From positions 1,440,001 to 1,504,000 of the forward strand of contig OZ220741.1 of assembly GCA_965116885.1 (NCBI GenBank): DNA of 64,000 nt, given 5' to 3'. Under the pieces are notes generated by a model. That model was not told the origin of the DNA. It searched no databases and saw only the letters and a list, made by a program, of their open reading frames with translations. The DNA comes from Candidatus Latescibacterota bacterium. Lineage in GTDB: Bacteria > Latescibacterota > UBA2968. Position 1 is the stretch's first letter; every line of letters starts with the position of its first letter. The position numbers were made by a program, and so were the translations under genes. Below are positions 1 to 10,631 of this stretch, piece after piece.

Positions 1-980
1 ATGATCGCACAGGCGATTTTGTGCCTTATGATTATGCCTATAATATTATGGCTACCTGTGACGAAAACGCCATTTTGTTTACAAATGGGGATAACGATAC
101 GTATCCCCTGTGGTTCTTGCAGGGCGTTGAGGGTGTGCGAAACGATATTCAAATTGTCAATCTCAGTCTGATCAAGACGTCGTGGTACATTAAACAACTG
201 AAGCGGTACGGTATTGAAGTCGGTCTTGAAGATGATGAGATTGAAGGATTGCTCGGGGCTTATCCCTGGGACTACGACAGGGGCATAGAAGTGGCAGGTC
301 TTAAACTCGAGGCGGGGGATCTTCCCATAATGGAGTATCCCACGGGTAGAGGCAGAGAGACGGTGTCCGTTTTGGAACCCCATACTTTAATGATATGGCG
401 CATTGTGAAATACAACTGGGAAAAGCGGCCCATTTATTTTGCCGTGACCGTGCCCGATATCAATATGGCGGGTTTGAAGCCCTATTTGTCTATGGAGGGG
501 ATGGCGTATAAACTGGTCAAGTCCCGTGGATACGAGCAGTTTGAGGAGGAGAAGATCAAACGCAATTTGCTCGAGGTTTATCGGTACACAGGTGTTGCGG
601 ATAGTACGGTTCACAAAGACCCGGTTGCTCGCCGTCTGCTCGGCAATTATTTGATTCTCTTTGATGGGCTTGTCCGCGCGTACATTCGGCAGGGTATGCA
701 CAGAGAGGCTTATGAGGTTCTCATGGAAGTCGAAAAACGCGTGCCCCCCTACGCGCTCGATTTCCCGGAGACCTGGCAACTCGTTGGTGCACACTATCGC
801 GATATAGCCCTTTATTTTTACGAATCGGGTGATGTGACTCGCGCTGTTTCTGCGCTTGAAAACCTGCTCCGCCTCGGTCCGCCAATAGAAAATCCCGAAG
901 ATATACACGCGATTATAGAACAATGGAAACGGGGGGCGACATCGAGGGATGTAGATAGTGTGGGATCTCTTGAGCGGTGA
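1..980 (+). CDS. DUF2723-family membrane protein, C-terminal part (5'-truncated by window edge)
   Basis: Frame is open from base 3. Motif DYAYNIM...ILFTNGDNDTYPLW...VNLSL is typical of the DUF2723 (putative GT-C) C-terminal region. Confidence 0.8.
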   Translation, partial: DRTGDFVPYDYAYNIMATCDENAILFTNGDNDTYPLWFLQGVEGVRNDIQIVNLSLIKTSWYIKQLKRYGIEVGLEDDEIEGLLGAYPWDYDRGIEVAGLKLEAGDLPIMEYPTGRGRETVSVLEPHTLMIWRIVKYNWEKRPIYFAVTVPDINMAGLKPYLSMEGMAYKLVKSRGYEQFEEEKIKRNLLEVYRYTGVADSTVHKDPVARRLLGNYLILFDGLVRAYIRQGMHREAYEVLMEVEKRVPPYALDFPETWQLVGAHYRDIALYFYESGDVTRAVSALENLLRLGPPIENPEDIHAIIEQWKRGATSRDVDSVGSLER

Positions 981-987
981 TCCGCTT

Positions 988-1674
988 TCAATACTCCCAC
1001 TGCTCATATACTCTTTTGGCCGGAATTTTGTTTTTCCACTGGCGCATGAGTATATAGCCTACGACAAATCCGGCGATGTGGGCGAACCAGGCCACGTCGC
1101 TTGTGCCGCTGGCACTTGAGGCATTGAGCAACTGAATGACAAACCATCCACCGAGTACGATCAAGGCTGGTACGCGAAGGATAAAATAAAATACGAGTAC
1201 CAATATTCGCGTGCCGGGAAATGCCGCCAGATAGCCTCCCAATATTCCCGCTATCGCACCGCTGGCACCCACCATTGGTATGGTGGATTCCGGTTCGGAA
1301 ATCACATGTGATAGTGTTGCGATCACTCCGCAAAACAAATAGAAGAACAAGAATCGCGCATGCCCCAGTGCGGCTTCTATATTGTTCCCAAAGATCCACA
1401 GATACAGCATGTTGCCGCCCAGATGTAATATGCCGCCGTGCATAAACATCGACGATAATAGCGTGAGATATATCGGGATGGGCGTGGGGGAAATTGCGTC
1501 AATGCCGTGCATTATTTCAAAGGGGATTGTCCCATATCGCGCGTTGAGTACATGAAATCCAATGTCGCCCAATAACCACCCGTACACAAAGATGCCCACG
1601 TTGGTCAGCAAAATGCCGATCATCAATACGGGGACACGACCGGAAGGCGTTTCGTCTTTGAGGGGGATCATCAT
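988..1674 (-). CDS. Rhomboid intramembrane serine protease
   Basis: SMFMHGGILHLGGNM, catalytic GASG and AHIAGF motifs; multiple TM helices. Confidence 0.95.
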   Translation of the reverse strand: MMIPLKDETPSGRVPVLMIGILLTNVGIFVYGWLLGDIGFHVLNARYGTIPFEIMHGIDAISPTPIPIYLTLLSSMFMHGGILHLGGNMLYLWIFGNNIEAALGHARFLFFYLFCGVIATLSHVISEPESTIPMVGASGAIAGILGGYLAAFPGTRILVLVFYFILRVPALIVLGGWFVIQLLNASSASGTSDVAWFAHIAGFVVGYILMRQWKNKIPAKRVYEQWEY

Positions 1675-1676
1675 GG

Positions 1677-3689
1677 CTATTTGATCCTGAATGTGGTGGT
1701 GCGCCGCGATTCATTGCCACAGATGTCGCGTACGATGACTTCCAGTTTATGCGCTCCGGGAGTCAGGGGTTTTCGCGGTTTGGCAAAGATGCGATTTTCT
1801 TCCGGGTCGTATTCCACAATGAGCGCTTTGCCGTCGATGCGCATGATCATATCTTTCTCTCGCCAAATACCCGAAGATGTATCCCATACAGAAGCTGCAA
1901 CTCTGGGTTGGCGCTGTGCGATTACTGTGCCGTTAGCAGGGGTTATGCTGGCAATTCTGGGGGGTACAGTGTCGGCGAGCAATGCAAATACACCAAAGTT
2001 TCGCACGTTTCCCGTTATAGTACTCTGCTTTGAATTGTGTTCCTTATCGACAAAGGTCCAGCTATTTCTTCCGTTCCATTTATAGATGCCGAGTTTGTCT
2101 ATATTGGGATGATCAGGAGGGTAGATAAACGCGATTTCTGCCCCTTTGAATGCCACATCCCCGGGCGTGATCCGAAACGCGGTTCCCACCATGCGTTTGT
2201 CCTTTATCTGGCTTTCGGACACGATGCGTCCAAATAGGGTTTCGTAAACGCCTTCTTTCTCAAATCGCACCCGCACCAATCCGTTATCCGAGCGCATTTC
2301 TCCACCGTCTTGTGTGACGGTTTGCTGGATGATTTGCAGTTTCTGTGTTTGTCCGTTTGTTTCAATTTGTACGTCTATGTCGTCGGTGTGCTTTTCGTCA
2401 AATGGAATGACAACCTGATATGTTTGCGAACCGGTCTGTTGAACTGCGAGGGATCGTGTCCATTGTTTGGAAAGTTGTGCTCGCGCGGTTGGCGTTTCTG
2501 ACAGGGTCTGATTGGCTGTGATGTAGATAACCGCGAAGGTGGGGAAATACGATGTTTTGCAGGTTATGTGTTGTGATGAGTTTTTGGAGGAGACAGACGC
2601 TCGAAATAATCTATCCGCGTTCTGCACCCGCAGAAATACGACTGCTGTTGCGCGATTTCCCTTTACGTCCTCGGCAATGACCTGCAGGCGATGTACGCCC
2701 GGCGAGAGTTCCTGCCCTGCACCGTCGGTTTTTATCCCCGCGAATAATACGCCTGATCCCACTTTGTGATCGCCGTAGAAAGGCAGGCGATTGCCCGGTT
2801 TGAGATACAGGCTGTGAAATCGCCCCAGGCCGCGACGGCTCATATAAAAGTCATAGGCGAGTTCTCCGTGGCGCGTTACGTCGTATCCAAACAGACCACA
2901 GGTTTTTTGAAATATCTCTTCGCCATTTATCAGGAGTCGTATGCGATAAGGGGCCAATCGATTTGTTAGCCGAGAGTCATCTGCGCGGTCAAATACTTTC
3001 AAGCCCACACCAATGCGACCCCAGACTGCTATGGTATCGGGATGTGTGAAGACTTTTTTTCTTGTACGATAGGCAAGGCGGTATGACACTGGTTTGTGTC
3101 CGCCTTTGACCCGTGCATCTGCGTTTAAGGGTACAAGGCCGATTGCCTGTATGGTTGGGGGCAGTGTGTCTTTGATATCAAATCCATGGAGCAGGGGATT
3201 TATGGGGCGATGTTTCGCGTCGCGCAATTCGAAATGCAGATGCGGTACGCCAATGCCCGTGCTGCCCGAATATCCCACTATTTCTCCGCGCTTGACGGGG
3301 ATTTGGTCGGGGCGAAAATACAGATTTACGCTGTATGTCCCGCGGCGGTCTTGCTCTTGCTGGACGTATTTTTCAATGAGTTTGGAAAATCCCGACAAGT
3401 GCGCCCAGAGCGCGAATAGCCCATTGTCGAGTTGAACATATACCACCCTGCCGTATCCCCAGGGCGATGTGCGGACCCGCCAGACGTATCCATCGGCAAT
3501 CGCTGTTATGGGATATCCTTCTTTGCCATAGGTTTTCAAGTCGATTGCCGCGTGCAATCGTCCACCCCGATATTCGCCAAAGGTCGATGTCAACGCCGGG
3601 GGGGCATCCATGGGCCAGTGATAATTTTCTGTGTGTGCAGTTGTGAGAAGGGATAGGATAATACAACTTATGGCAGATAGACGGAGCAT
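1677..3689 (-). CDS. M23 family metallopeptidase with C-terminal Ig-like domains
   Basis: HAAIDL (HxxxD) and PHLHFE (HxH) M23 motifs; signal peptide from MLRLSAI. Start is uncertain (ORF extends to 3731). Confidence 0.88.
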   Translation of the reverse strand: MLRLSAISCIILSLLTTAHTENYHWPMDAPPALTSTFGEYRGGRLHAAIDLKTYGKEGYPITAIADGYVWRVRTSPWGYGRVVYVQLDNGLFALWAHLSGFSKLIEKYVQQEQDRRGTYSVNLYFRPDQIPVKRGEIVGYSGSTGIGVPHLHFELRDAKHRPINPLLHGFDIKDTLPPTIQAIGLVPLNADARVKGGHKPVSYRLAYRTRKKVFTHPDTIAVWGRIGVGLKVFDRADDSRLTNRLAPYRIRLLINGEEIFQKTCGLFGYDVTRHGELAYDFYMSRRGLGRFHSLYLKPGNRLPFYGDHKVGSGVLFAGIKTDGAGQELSPGVHRLQVIAEDVKGNRATAVVFLRVQNADRLFRASVSSKNSSQHITCKTSYFPTFAVIYITANQTLSETPTARAQLSKQWTRSLAVQQTGSQTYQVVIPFDEKHTDDIDVQIETNGQTQKLQIIQQTVTQDGGEMRSDNGLVRVRFEKEGVYETLFGRIVSESQIKDKRMVGTAFRITPGDVAFKGAEIAFIYPPDHPNIDKLGIYKWNGRNSWTFVDKEHNSKQSTITGNVRNFGVFALLADTVPPRIASITPANGTVIAQRQPRVAASVWDTSSGIWREKDMIMRIDGKALIVEYDPEENRIFAKPRKPLTPGAHKLEVIVRDICGNESRRTTTFRIK

Positions 3690-3861
3690 ATAAAAAAGCA
3701 GTAAGGGGTAAGAGGTAAGATGTGAGTACATCGCTCAGTATATGACTTTTGCTCATCTTCGTCAAGAAGCTGAATGGGTCTGTATTTATGGAAAAAAACC
3801 TTGCCAGTACAAAGTCCAACAAGTAGATTACAAAATTGGTGTGGCTGGGCGGCATCCTGCA

Positions 3862-3890
3862 TAATCCTGTAAATCCTGTAAATCCTGATC
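3862..3890. repeat. Short intergenic tandem repeat (AATCCTGTA-like x3)
   Basis: taatcctgtaaatcctgtaaatcctgatc lies directly upstream of the PpiD gene RBS. Confidence 0.6.
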
Positions 3891-3911
3891 CTATCTGAAG
3901 GAGAAGTCCCA

Positions 3912-5735
3912 ATGCTCGCTCAAATGCGTAGTGCTACTTTTATCAAGGCTATGATGATTATTGTTGCGGTTGCTTTTGTCGGCCTTATGGTGTTTGAATG
4001 GGGTGCTGATTTTAGCAGTCGGGGTTTTGCCGCTGTTGGTGATAATGTCGGTTCTGTGAATGGTCAGGACATTTCTGTGAAGCAGTTTGAAGCCGAAATC
4101 CAAAATGACCTTCAACAGGCCAGGGCGCGTGGCAATCAAGATCCCGATGTGAGCCAGATTATCTCTCAGACCTGGGAGCGCGTGGTTACGCAAACCCTGT
4201 TCGGGCAACAAATTGCGAAGTACGGCATTGCCGTTACCGATGCTGAGGTCGATCATATCAATCGCACGCAGCCCGCCGAGTGGATACAACAACAAGAATT
4301 TTTCCATACTAATGGCACTTTTGATCCCGCTAAATATAACCAATTTCTCGACGATCCCAGCACGTACAGCGACCCTCGAATGAAGCAATTTGTTCTGTTT
4401 GCCGAAGAGAATGCGCGAAATCAGTTGCTTTCCCAAAAGCTCGAAACGCTCATTGTAGGTTCGGTGAAAGTCTCCGATGCGGAGATTGAGAAAGCGTATA
4501 TTGAACAGAACGAAAAAGTGCGCGTGTCTTATATTGGGTTCGATGCCAACGCCATTCCCGATTCGCTCGCGCTGGTCGCCGATACTGAGATTCAAACTTA
4601 TTACGAAGGCCATCGGGACGAATATCAGGAAGATGCCGCCGTGCGCGTCGCTTTTGTTTCTTTGCCGAAAACAGCGACCGCACGCGATGAAGCCGAAGCC
4701 AAAGCCGAGATTGATCGGGTTTTCTCCGAAGCCAAAGCCGGTGATGATTTTGCCGAACTCGCCAGAGCGTATTCCGATGGGCCAAGTGGCCCGCGCGGTG
4801 GCGATCTCGGTTTCTTTGGAAGGGGGCGCATGGTCAAGCCTTTTGAAGATGCGGCTTTCGCGCTCAATGCGGGGGAAATATCCGATCCCGTTAAAACTCA
4901 GTTTGGCTGGCATGTTATTAAGGTGGAGGAGACGAGAGGCGCAGCGGATAGTCTCGAGGTTCACGCGCGGCATATCCTCATTGAGGTGCGCCCCGGGCGC
5001 GATACGCTCGACAGTTTGCGCGTGCTTGCCGAAGAGTTTGCAGAAATAGCCGAGGATGTCGGGTTTGACTCGGCTGTCAACCAGAGGGATTTGCGGAGTC
5101 AGGACTCGGAGTTTATTACCGCTGGTAGCTTTTTCCCACTGCTGGGCAATAGCACGTCGGGGCTGGTGAACAAATTTTTGCGCGGTTCTCCTGGCGATGT
5201 TTCCAGTGTTTATGAAAATGACCAGGGCATCCACGTTTTTGCTTTGCGAGAGATTCGCGAGGCGGGTCCCCAGCCTCTGGATGAGGTTAAACCGCAGATT
5301 GAGGCGAGTCTGAAAACGAAAAAGAAGGTCGAGGTTGCAGCCGGTCGGCTGACCGAGGTGATGGGGCAGATCAAGACGGGTAAATCACTCGAAGAGACAG
5401 CCGAGTTTTTCAATCTCACGGTTCAGACGCCGGAGTCTTTTGCGCGCACGGGCTTTGTTCCCAGTGTGGGCAGTCGCAACGCTTTTGTGGGCGCGGCATT
5501 TCGTTTGTCAACGGGTCAGACGAGTGAGATCGTCAAAACTGACCGCGGGGCTTATATTTTGCGCGTGGAGGAAAGACAATCTGTTGATGAAACGGGTTTA
5601 GAATCGGCAAAAGGGACGTTGTTGCAGCAGGTGCTTTCACAAAAGCGCCAGGAGGTTTTCACTGTCTGGTTTGCCGATTTGCGAGAGAATGCCGATATTG
5701 TCGATTATCGTCACTTCTTCTACTCCGATTATTAG
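3912..5735 (+). CDS. PpiD/SurA-type periplasmic peptidyl-prolyl isomerase (parvulin)
   Basis: N-terminal TM anchor, SurA-N domain, parvulin motif [22 protein letters not shown]...[12 protein letters not shown]. Confidence 0.9.
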   Translation: MLAQMRSATFIKAMMIIVAVAFVGLMVFEWGADFSSRGFAAVGDNVGSVNGQDISVKQFEAEIQNDLQQARARGNQDPDVSQIISQTWERVVTQTLFGQQIAKYGIAVTDAEVDHINRTQPAEWIQQQEFFHTNGTFDPAKYNQFLDDPSTYSDPRMKQFVLFAEENARNQLLSQKLETLIVGSVKVSDAEIEKAYIEQNEKVRVSYIGFDANAIPDSLALVADTEIQTYYEGHRDEYQEDAAVRVAFVSLPKTATARDEAEAKAEIDRVFSEAKAGDDFAELARAYSDGPSGPRGGDLGFFGRGRMVKPFEDAAFALNAGEISDPVKTQFGWHVIKVEETRGAADSLEVHARHILIEVRPGRDTLDSLRVLAEEFAEIAEDVGFDSAVNQRDLRSQDSEFITAGSFFPLLGNSTSGLVNKFLRGSPGDVSSVYENDQGIHVFALREIREAGPQPLDEVKPQIEASLKTKKKVEVAAGRLTEVMGQIKTGKSLEETAEFFNLTVQTPESFARTGFVPSVGSRNAFVGAAFRLSTGQTSEIVKTDRGAYILRVEERQSVDETGLESAKGTLLQQVLSQKRQEVFTVWFADLRENADIVDYRHFFYSDY

Positions 5736-5747
5736 AGGACCGGACAC

Positions 5748-7475
5748 GTGATTCGCCTTGCCCTATCGCAAATTAATGTCACCGTTGGTGATCTTGCGGG
5801 CAACCGTGAAAAAATTCTCGACCATATTCACAGGGCGCGCGATTTTGGGGCGCATATTGTCGTTTTTCCCGAACTCGCGATCCCGGGCTATCCGCCCGAG
5901 GATTTGCTTTTTAAGCCTCGGTTTATCCAATCCAACCTCGATGTGTTGAATGAACTCGTTCGGGCGACGCAGGGTGTTGCTGCGGTTTTCGGATTTGTGG
6001 ATCGTCACGACGATATCTACAATGCCGCAGCGATTGCTTGCGACGGGCGCTTGATCGATGTTTATCACAAGACCTATTTGCCCAATTACGGCGTCTTTGA
6101 CGAAGACCGCTATTTCCAATCTGGGAAGACCGCAGGGGTGTATCGTCTCAATGGTATCACTTTTGGGGTTACGATCTGCGAAGATATCTGGTATCCCGGC
6201 GGTCCCGCTCGGGAGCAAGCACTTGCTGGCGATGCCGAGGTGCTCATCAATATTTCTTCCTCCCCTTTCCACGATGGCAAAGAGTTGTTGCGCGAGCAGA
6301 TGATTGCTACGCGCGCGACGGATAACAGTGCAGTTCTGGCTTTTTGCAATCTCGTCGGTGGGCAGGATGAGTTGATTTTTGATGGGGGCAGCCTGATTGT
6401 CGATCAAGAAGGGCGTGTTATTGCGCGGTCTCCCCGGTTTGAGGAAGACCTGCTGGTGGCGGATGTTGATGTTGAAGCTGTTTTTCGCAACCGCCTGCAC
6501 GATTCACGCCGGCGCAAGGAAAAACGCGATGTTTCTTCTCCCGTCGCCGTTGATCTGCCGGATCTGAAACCCAAAGCTGTCTGTCTTTCTCCGTCTGAGA
6601 GACCGGATTTTCCGCGTCCTGATGAGCGTCTCAAGAATATTTACGATGCGCTTGTTCTGGGTACGCGCGATTATGTTTTGAAGAATGGGTTTGAGAAGGT
6701 TTTTATCGGGTTGTCCGGCGGGATTGACTCGGCGCTTGTCACGGCTGTTGCCTATGATGCGCTGGGGAGAGAGAATGTGGTGTGTGTGACGATGCCCACT
6801 CAATTTTCTTCAGAGGGCACGTTTAACGATGCCTTGCAGATGGCGGGCAATCTCGATATTCGCATTCTGACGTTGCCGATTCAAACGTTGTTCGACCAGT
6901 ATCTCGGTCTTCTTGCCGATGAGTTTGGCGATTTGCCTTCTGATACGGCAGAGGAGAATATTCAGCCGCGCATTCGGGGTACTTTGCTGATGGCGCTTGC
7001 CAATAAGTTCCGCGCGCTGGTGCTGGCGCCGGGGAATAAGAGCGAGTTGAGCATGGGGTATGCGACGCTTTACGGCGATATGGCGGGTGGGTTTGCGGTT
7101 ATTAAAGATATTTACAAAACCGTTGTCTATGATCTGGCGCATTATCGCAATAGCCTGTCGGATCATCCCGTTATTCCCGTTTCGATTATTGAGCGACCGC
7201 CTACGGCGGAGTTGCGCGATAACCAGAAAGATACGGATAGTTTGCCACCTTATTCTGTGCTTGATCCCATTCTCAAAGCGTATGTGGAGGACGATACCAG
7301 TTTGCAAGATATTATTGCGCTGGGCTATGACGAGGAACTCGTTACGCGGGTTATCCGCACGGTGGATATCAACGAGTACAAACGCCGCCAGGCGCCTCCG
7401 GGTATCAAGATTACGCCCCGCGCATTCGGTCGCGATAGGCGCTTGCCGATTACGAATCGGTGTCGGGAGTATTAG
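5748..7475 (+). CDS. nadE: Glutamine-dependent NAD+ synthetase
   Basis: N-terminal nitrilase domain (FPEL, K, ICEDIW) plus synthetase domain (SGGIDS, NIQPRIRG, EYKRRQAPPG). Confidence 0.97.
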   Translation: MIRLALSQINVTVGDLAGNREKILDHIHRARDFGAHIVVFPELAIPGYPPEDLLFKPRFIQSNLDVLNELVRATQGVAAVFGFVDRHDDIYNAAAIACDGRLIDVYHKTYLPNYGVFDEDRYFQSGKTAGVYRLNGITFGVTICEDIWYPGGPAREQALAGDAEVLINISSSPFHDGKELLREQMIATRATDNSAVLAFCNLVGGQDELIFDGGSLIVDQEGRVIARSPRFEEDLLVADVDVEAVFRNRLHDSRRRKEKRDVSSPVAVDLPDLKPKAVCLSPSERPDFPRPDERLKNIYDALVLGTRDYVLKNGFEKVFIGLSGGIDSALVTAVAYDALGRENVVCVTMPTQFSSEGTFNDALQMAGNLDIRILTLPIQTLFDQYLGLLADEFGDLPSDTAEENIQPRIRGTLLMALANKFRALVLAPGNKSELSMGYATLYGDMAGGFAVIKDIYKTVVYDLAHYRNSLSDHPVIPVSIIERPPTAELRDNQKDTDSLPPYSVLDPILKAYVEDDTSLQDIIALGYDEELVTRVIRTVDINEYKRRQAPPGIKITPRAFGRDRRLPITNRCREY

Positions 7476-7487
7476 GTGGAGGATGCT

Positions 7488-7988
7488 ATGAGATCCCGTG
7501 TGATTTTAGCAACACTATGTTTCTTTTGGGTGATGTCGCATACGTCATCCATCCGAGCAGAAGAATCATGGAAAAAAGTAGAGGTGGGGCCAGATAAGGG
7601 GAGCTATAAGGGGAAGTTGTGGGGTTTGGACGCGCTTGCCAGGTTTAAAAATGATCAAAAGTTTGTCACATTTACTGTTAATCAGCAATATTCCTCTGTG
7701 AAAGCCGCTGTCGAGACCTGTAGGCGAGTGGGTGGCCTGGCTGAGGGCGTCATGAGCGAGTACGGTTCCTTTGACATTGTTCGCGAGATTAATCAACGCG
7801 CAGTGATTAATATTTTTCCCGGTCTCGTTGAGATCAACCAACAAGCCCACCGACAGGTGATATTTTCAGCCCCTTGTAATATATCAATCAAAAATAAAGA
7901 CAATCCCAAAATCCGCACTGATCTTAGCGTCGAAGACAAAAGCACCACGTTCAGGATGCAACTTATATTGCCAATAAAGACTCAGTAG
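7488..7988 (+). CDS. Hypothetical exported protein
   Basis: GGAGG RBS before ATG 7488; signal-peptide-like N-terminus; no recognisable family. Confidence 0.6.
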   Translation: MRSRVILATLCFFWVMSHTSSIRAEESWKKVEVGPDKGSYKGKLWGLDALARFKNDQKFVTFTVNQQYSSVKAAVETCRRVGGLAEGVMSEYGSFDIVREINQRAVINIFPGLVEINQQAHRQVIFSAPCNISIKNKDNPKIRTDLSVEDKSTTFRMQLILPIKTQ

Positions 7989-7991
7989 TTG

Positions 7992-8031
7992 CAAAAGGGT
8001 GTCAACGAGCCGTATTAAATTATGCCCCGCG
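7992..8031. repeat. 40-bp imperfect direct repeat, left copy (possible island boundary)
   Basis: CAAAAGGGTGTCAACGAGCCGTATTAAATTATGCCCCGCG matches 34098-34137 at 35/40. Confidence 0.8.
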
Positions 8032-8041
8032 CAGCACATTT

Positions 8042-9364
8042 CTACCCCTCGAAGTCACTGACAAAGATTAAAAAGTCTGGGAACGCAACCTGACCATCGC
8101 CATCCAAATCAGCCTCAGCGACGTAGCCGGGAAATATGTCTCTTGTGCCGAAGGCATTAGCGAAAAATAAGAAATCGGTAAAATCGACATTGCCATCGCT
8201 ATTGAAATCAGAGCGTTTCCTGTGGCGTATCACCAGTATCGCTTGCATTTCAGTCTCGGAGATAGGCGTACCAAAAATGGAGATGATATCGCCTGTCATC
8301 AAGTCTGAAAAAGGGATCACAAAATTGAGAAAGTCATCGAAGTTACCAGACAGAAATACCGGGACAATATCCTGAATAGACTTCTGGATGTTGACAATGA
8401 GAGCCTGTGACGCATCCACAGTCATATTTGAGCGACGATAAGGAAACTGGACAGAAAACGAATGGCTTTCAGCATCGACGCTATCAATGCGGACTTCTGA
8501 GAAATCAATGGCTTCTGGCTCTGGCTCTCCCTCCAACATGATTTGCAAACCCGTTACGCTTTGACCATCGACAACCTGAACGAGTGCTGTGGAATCAACG
8601 CCGCCTGTCAGGGCGTTTAGCCCTCTCAAAATGCCCACATCTTCCCTGTTTCCCTCTGCGTCAACCACTTCTTGAAACGCAAGTATCGCATAAGCCCCAT
8701 CAGGCACATGCTTCAACCTGAATTCAAATTGTTCATTGAACCACGCAACGCGAACAATGGCAAGCTGGAACAGGTCAAAATCCTGTTCACTTTCCAGAGC
8801 TTTCAAATATCGTTCAGAGTCAAGCAAGGTAATCCCACCATCTCCCATTGGAAGCGGCACGACACCTTCTGGCAAAATAGCCTTACCAGAAACTTCGGCA
8901 TCTGACAATTCTTCTGTGCCCCAAAAATACTGCTGTGTCTCATCAACGGGATCTAAATCGTTGGGACTGATAAGCATCTGATAGGTCGCACCTGCGGACA
9001 GGTCAACCATCCCTGTCAATGTCATGCGGTCTTCGCTGACCGCCACACCTGGCCCTTGCGTGGCATTGTAAAGCGATATGGCAAATTCAAAAGGATATGA
9101 GTGAATCTGCAAACCTGCAATCCTGTACCTGAATTTTTCCTCCTCCTCCTCACGCGTTATGGGCGTGTTATATGTAATCTCAAACTTCTGCATGCCACTC
9201 GGCACGGGTGGATTCTTCACATCTTCCTGGAGTGTCACGCCACCTATCACAAATGAAGTCACAGCTGGCTCAATCTCCTGCCCCCATATAGGGCTTCCCA
9301 TCACACCAGTAGTCAGTGCTACTACGAGGATCAGGCGAATATATGTTGACATGACAGATTTCAT
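8042..9364 (-). CDS. Secreted protein with C-terminal EF-hand/dockerin-like Ca-binding module
   Basis: RBS GGAGG before ATG 9364; signal peptide; C-terminal DFNSDGNVDFTDF...DLDGDGQVAFPDF duplicated motif. Confidence 0.8.
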   Translation of the reverse strand: MKSVMSTYIRLILVVALTTGVMGSPIWGQEIEPAVTSFVIGGVTLQEDVKNPPVPSGMQKFEITYNTPITREEEEEKFRYRIAGLQIHSYPFEFAISLYNATQGPGVAVSEDRMTLTGMVDLSAGATYQMLISPNDLDPVDETQQYFWGTEELSDAEVSGKAILPEGVVPLPMGDGGITLLDSERYLKALESEQDFDLFQLAIVRVAWFNEQFEFRLKHVPDGAYAILAFQEVVDAEGNREDVGILRGLNALTGGVDSTALVQVVDGQSVTGLQIMLEGEPEPEAIDFSEVRIDSVDAESHSFSVQFPYRRSNMTVDASQALIVNIQKSIQDIVPVFLSGNFDDFLNFVIPFSDLMTGDIISIFGTPISETEMQAILVIRHRKRSDFNSDGNVDFTDFLFFANAFGTRDIFPGYVAEADLDGDGQVAFPDFLIFVSDFEG

Positions 9365-9365
9365 T

Positions 9366-10013
9366 TTATCCTCCCGTTCTTCGCCCATAAGGAAAACCGA
9401 GGCCGACACAGGCAGAGATCGCTCGGTTTTTGATACTGGTTTCAGCATTGAAGTTAGGATCATAGAGAGCGGTTTTGTTGATGGATCGAATGCCCTCGGT
9501 GTATAGCAATTCTGCTTTGATTATCATCGCTTCAGAAAATGTCATTTGCGTGCCAAGTCCTACAATGATACCAAAGTCTGTGGTCTTGAACTCGAAGCGG
9601 TCTCTCCAGTGTCTTCTCGCTAACTGTTCGCCCTCGCTCCTAACTTTGAATGCTACTGATGGCCCTGCGAGTATAAATAAAGAAGGTGCATGATAGGGGG
9701 AGATAAGTGTGATATTGACTAGCCCAGAAAACTCAATATAGTCAACTTCTATGATGAAATCGTATAAGAAGTCATGGGCACCTTTTTGCACATAGTCACC
9801 ATTGAGTTGAAAGCCAAATCTGCCCCGTACTGGAAAAGTCCCGGAAAGACCCAGCTTGAGGGTGGCGCGTGCATTTACTGGATGCCTATCCATTATCTCT
9901 CCGCTCAGGGTTGCCAGATTCAGGCCCTCCCTAATAGAGAGTGTCGGTTGCCCAAGCATTGAGGCGGGATAGGACAGGACTGCAAATATCAGAATACCCA
10001 TAAAGTATCTCAT
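9366..10013 (-). CDS. Outer-membrane beta-barrel (porin/PorT-like) protein
   Basis: Signal peptide; GLN.A.L, YVQKGA, DYIE, AGPSVAF and DFGIIVGLG strand pattern. Confidence 0.7.
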   Translation of the reverse strand: MRYFMGILIFAVLSYPASMLGQPTLSIREGLNLATLSGEIMDRHPVNARATLKLGLSGTFPVRGRFGFQLNGDYVQKGAHDFLYDFIIEVDYIEFSGLVNITLISPYHAPSLFILAGPSVAFKVRSEGEQLARRHWRDRFEFKTTDFGIIVGLGTQMTFSEAMIIKAELLYTEGIRSINKTALYDPNFNAETSIKNRAISACVGLGFPYGRRTGG

Positions 10014-10215
10014 ATCTCCCCCCTGTACATTCAGTTCCGAAAAAACGTTTAGATGCTGTTGCCGAATTGGTATTGGTGGGAAGGGAGTCTGCGATTACAA
10101 AAAAGGCTATTTGTGGCCTGAATGCAGGCTCTGTAAGCCCTATGTTTAGTTGCATCGAGACAGATTCGAAATTCGGCAACAGCATCGTTTTGGCGGAGAG
10201 TTTAGGGCTTGTTTT

Positions 10216-10383
10216 TCAAGCCTGTGATTGTACTGATCGCTGCTTTATCTCTCTATTTTGTTGGTTTATTCTACTCATCATCGTGCGCAAGGCCTCGGAT
10301 CGAACTTTATCGCCCCAGATAGCATAGAGTAAGGCGAGATGAGCCAAATGATCGCGTTTTGTTATCTGTGTCTGAACATTCAT
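10216..10383 (-). CDS. Small protein (55 aa), paralog of 29106..29294; absent from the ORF track
   Basis: Manual translation MNVQTQITKRDHLAHLALLYAIWGDKVRSEALRTMMSRINQQNREIKQRSVQSQA; GAGGTG RBS; first ORF after a sigma-54 promoter. Confidence 0.7.
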   Translation of the reverse strand: MNVQTQITKRDHLAHLALLYAIWGDKVRSEALRTMMSRINQQNREIKQRSVQSQA

Positions 10384-10434
10384 AAGTCACCTCAGTAAAA
10401 TCTGATTGTTATTATTCTCTCGCACATTCTATAA

Positions 10435-10450
10435 AGCAAGATGCGTGCCA
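10435..10450 (-). promoter_or_regulatory. Sigma-54 (-24/-12) promoter, copy 1
   Basis: Minus strand TGGCACGCATCTTGCT fits the consensus TGGCAC-N5-TTGC; it lies downstream of an NtrC-type activator gene. Confidence 0.85.
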
Positions 10451-10465
10451 TAAATTTGTTGAAAT

Positions 10466-10497
10466 AAAAAAAAGCACTTAAAAATGCTCAAGTGCTT
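10466..10497 (-). terminator. Probable intrinsic terminator of the response-regulator gene
   Basis: AAGCACTT...AAGTGCTT stem followed by a T-tract on the minus strand; conserved at 29378-29409. Confidence 0.6.
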
Positions 10498-10551
10498 GAA
10501 AAACAAAAAGATAAAATGTTTATGTTTTAAATTCTATAAGTTGTCGCTTTC

Positions 10552-10614
10552 TGTGAAGTGTATAATTTTTTATACGATTGAAAAAGAAACCACGAAAAAA
10601 TTATATACCTCACA
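10552..10614. promoter_or_regulatory. Putative enhancer (UAS) for the copy-1 sigma-54 activator
   Basis: Inverted repeat TGTGAAGTGTATAATTTTTT / AAAAAATTATATACCTCACA (18/20), 100-165 bp upstream of the -24 element. Confidence 0.5.
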
Positions 10615-10631
10615 AGGTCACGTCCAATTTG

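Noticed and set aside
3891..5234. Long antisense ORFs (also 5763..6500 and 45178..45972)
   Set aside because: Shadows of well-supported genes on the opposite strand.
9931..10185. 84-aa ORF between the small ORF and the porin gene
   Set aside because: No clear RBS or motif, and it overlaps the porin start.
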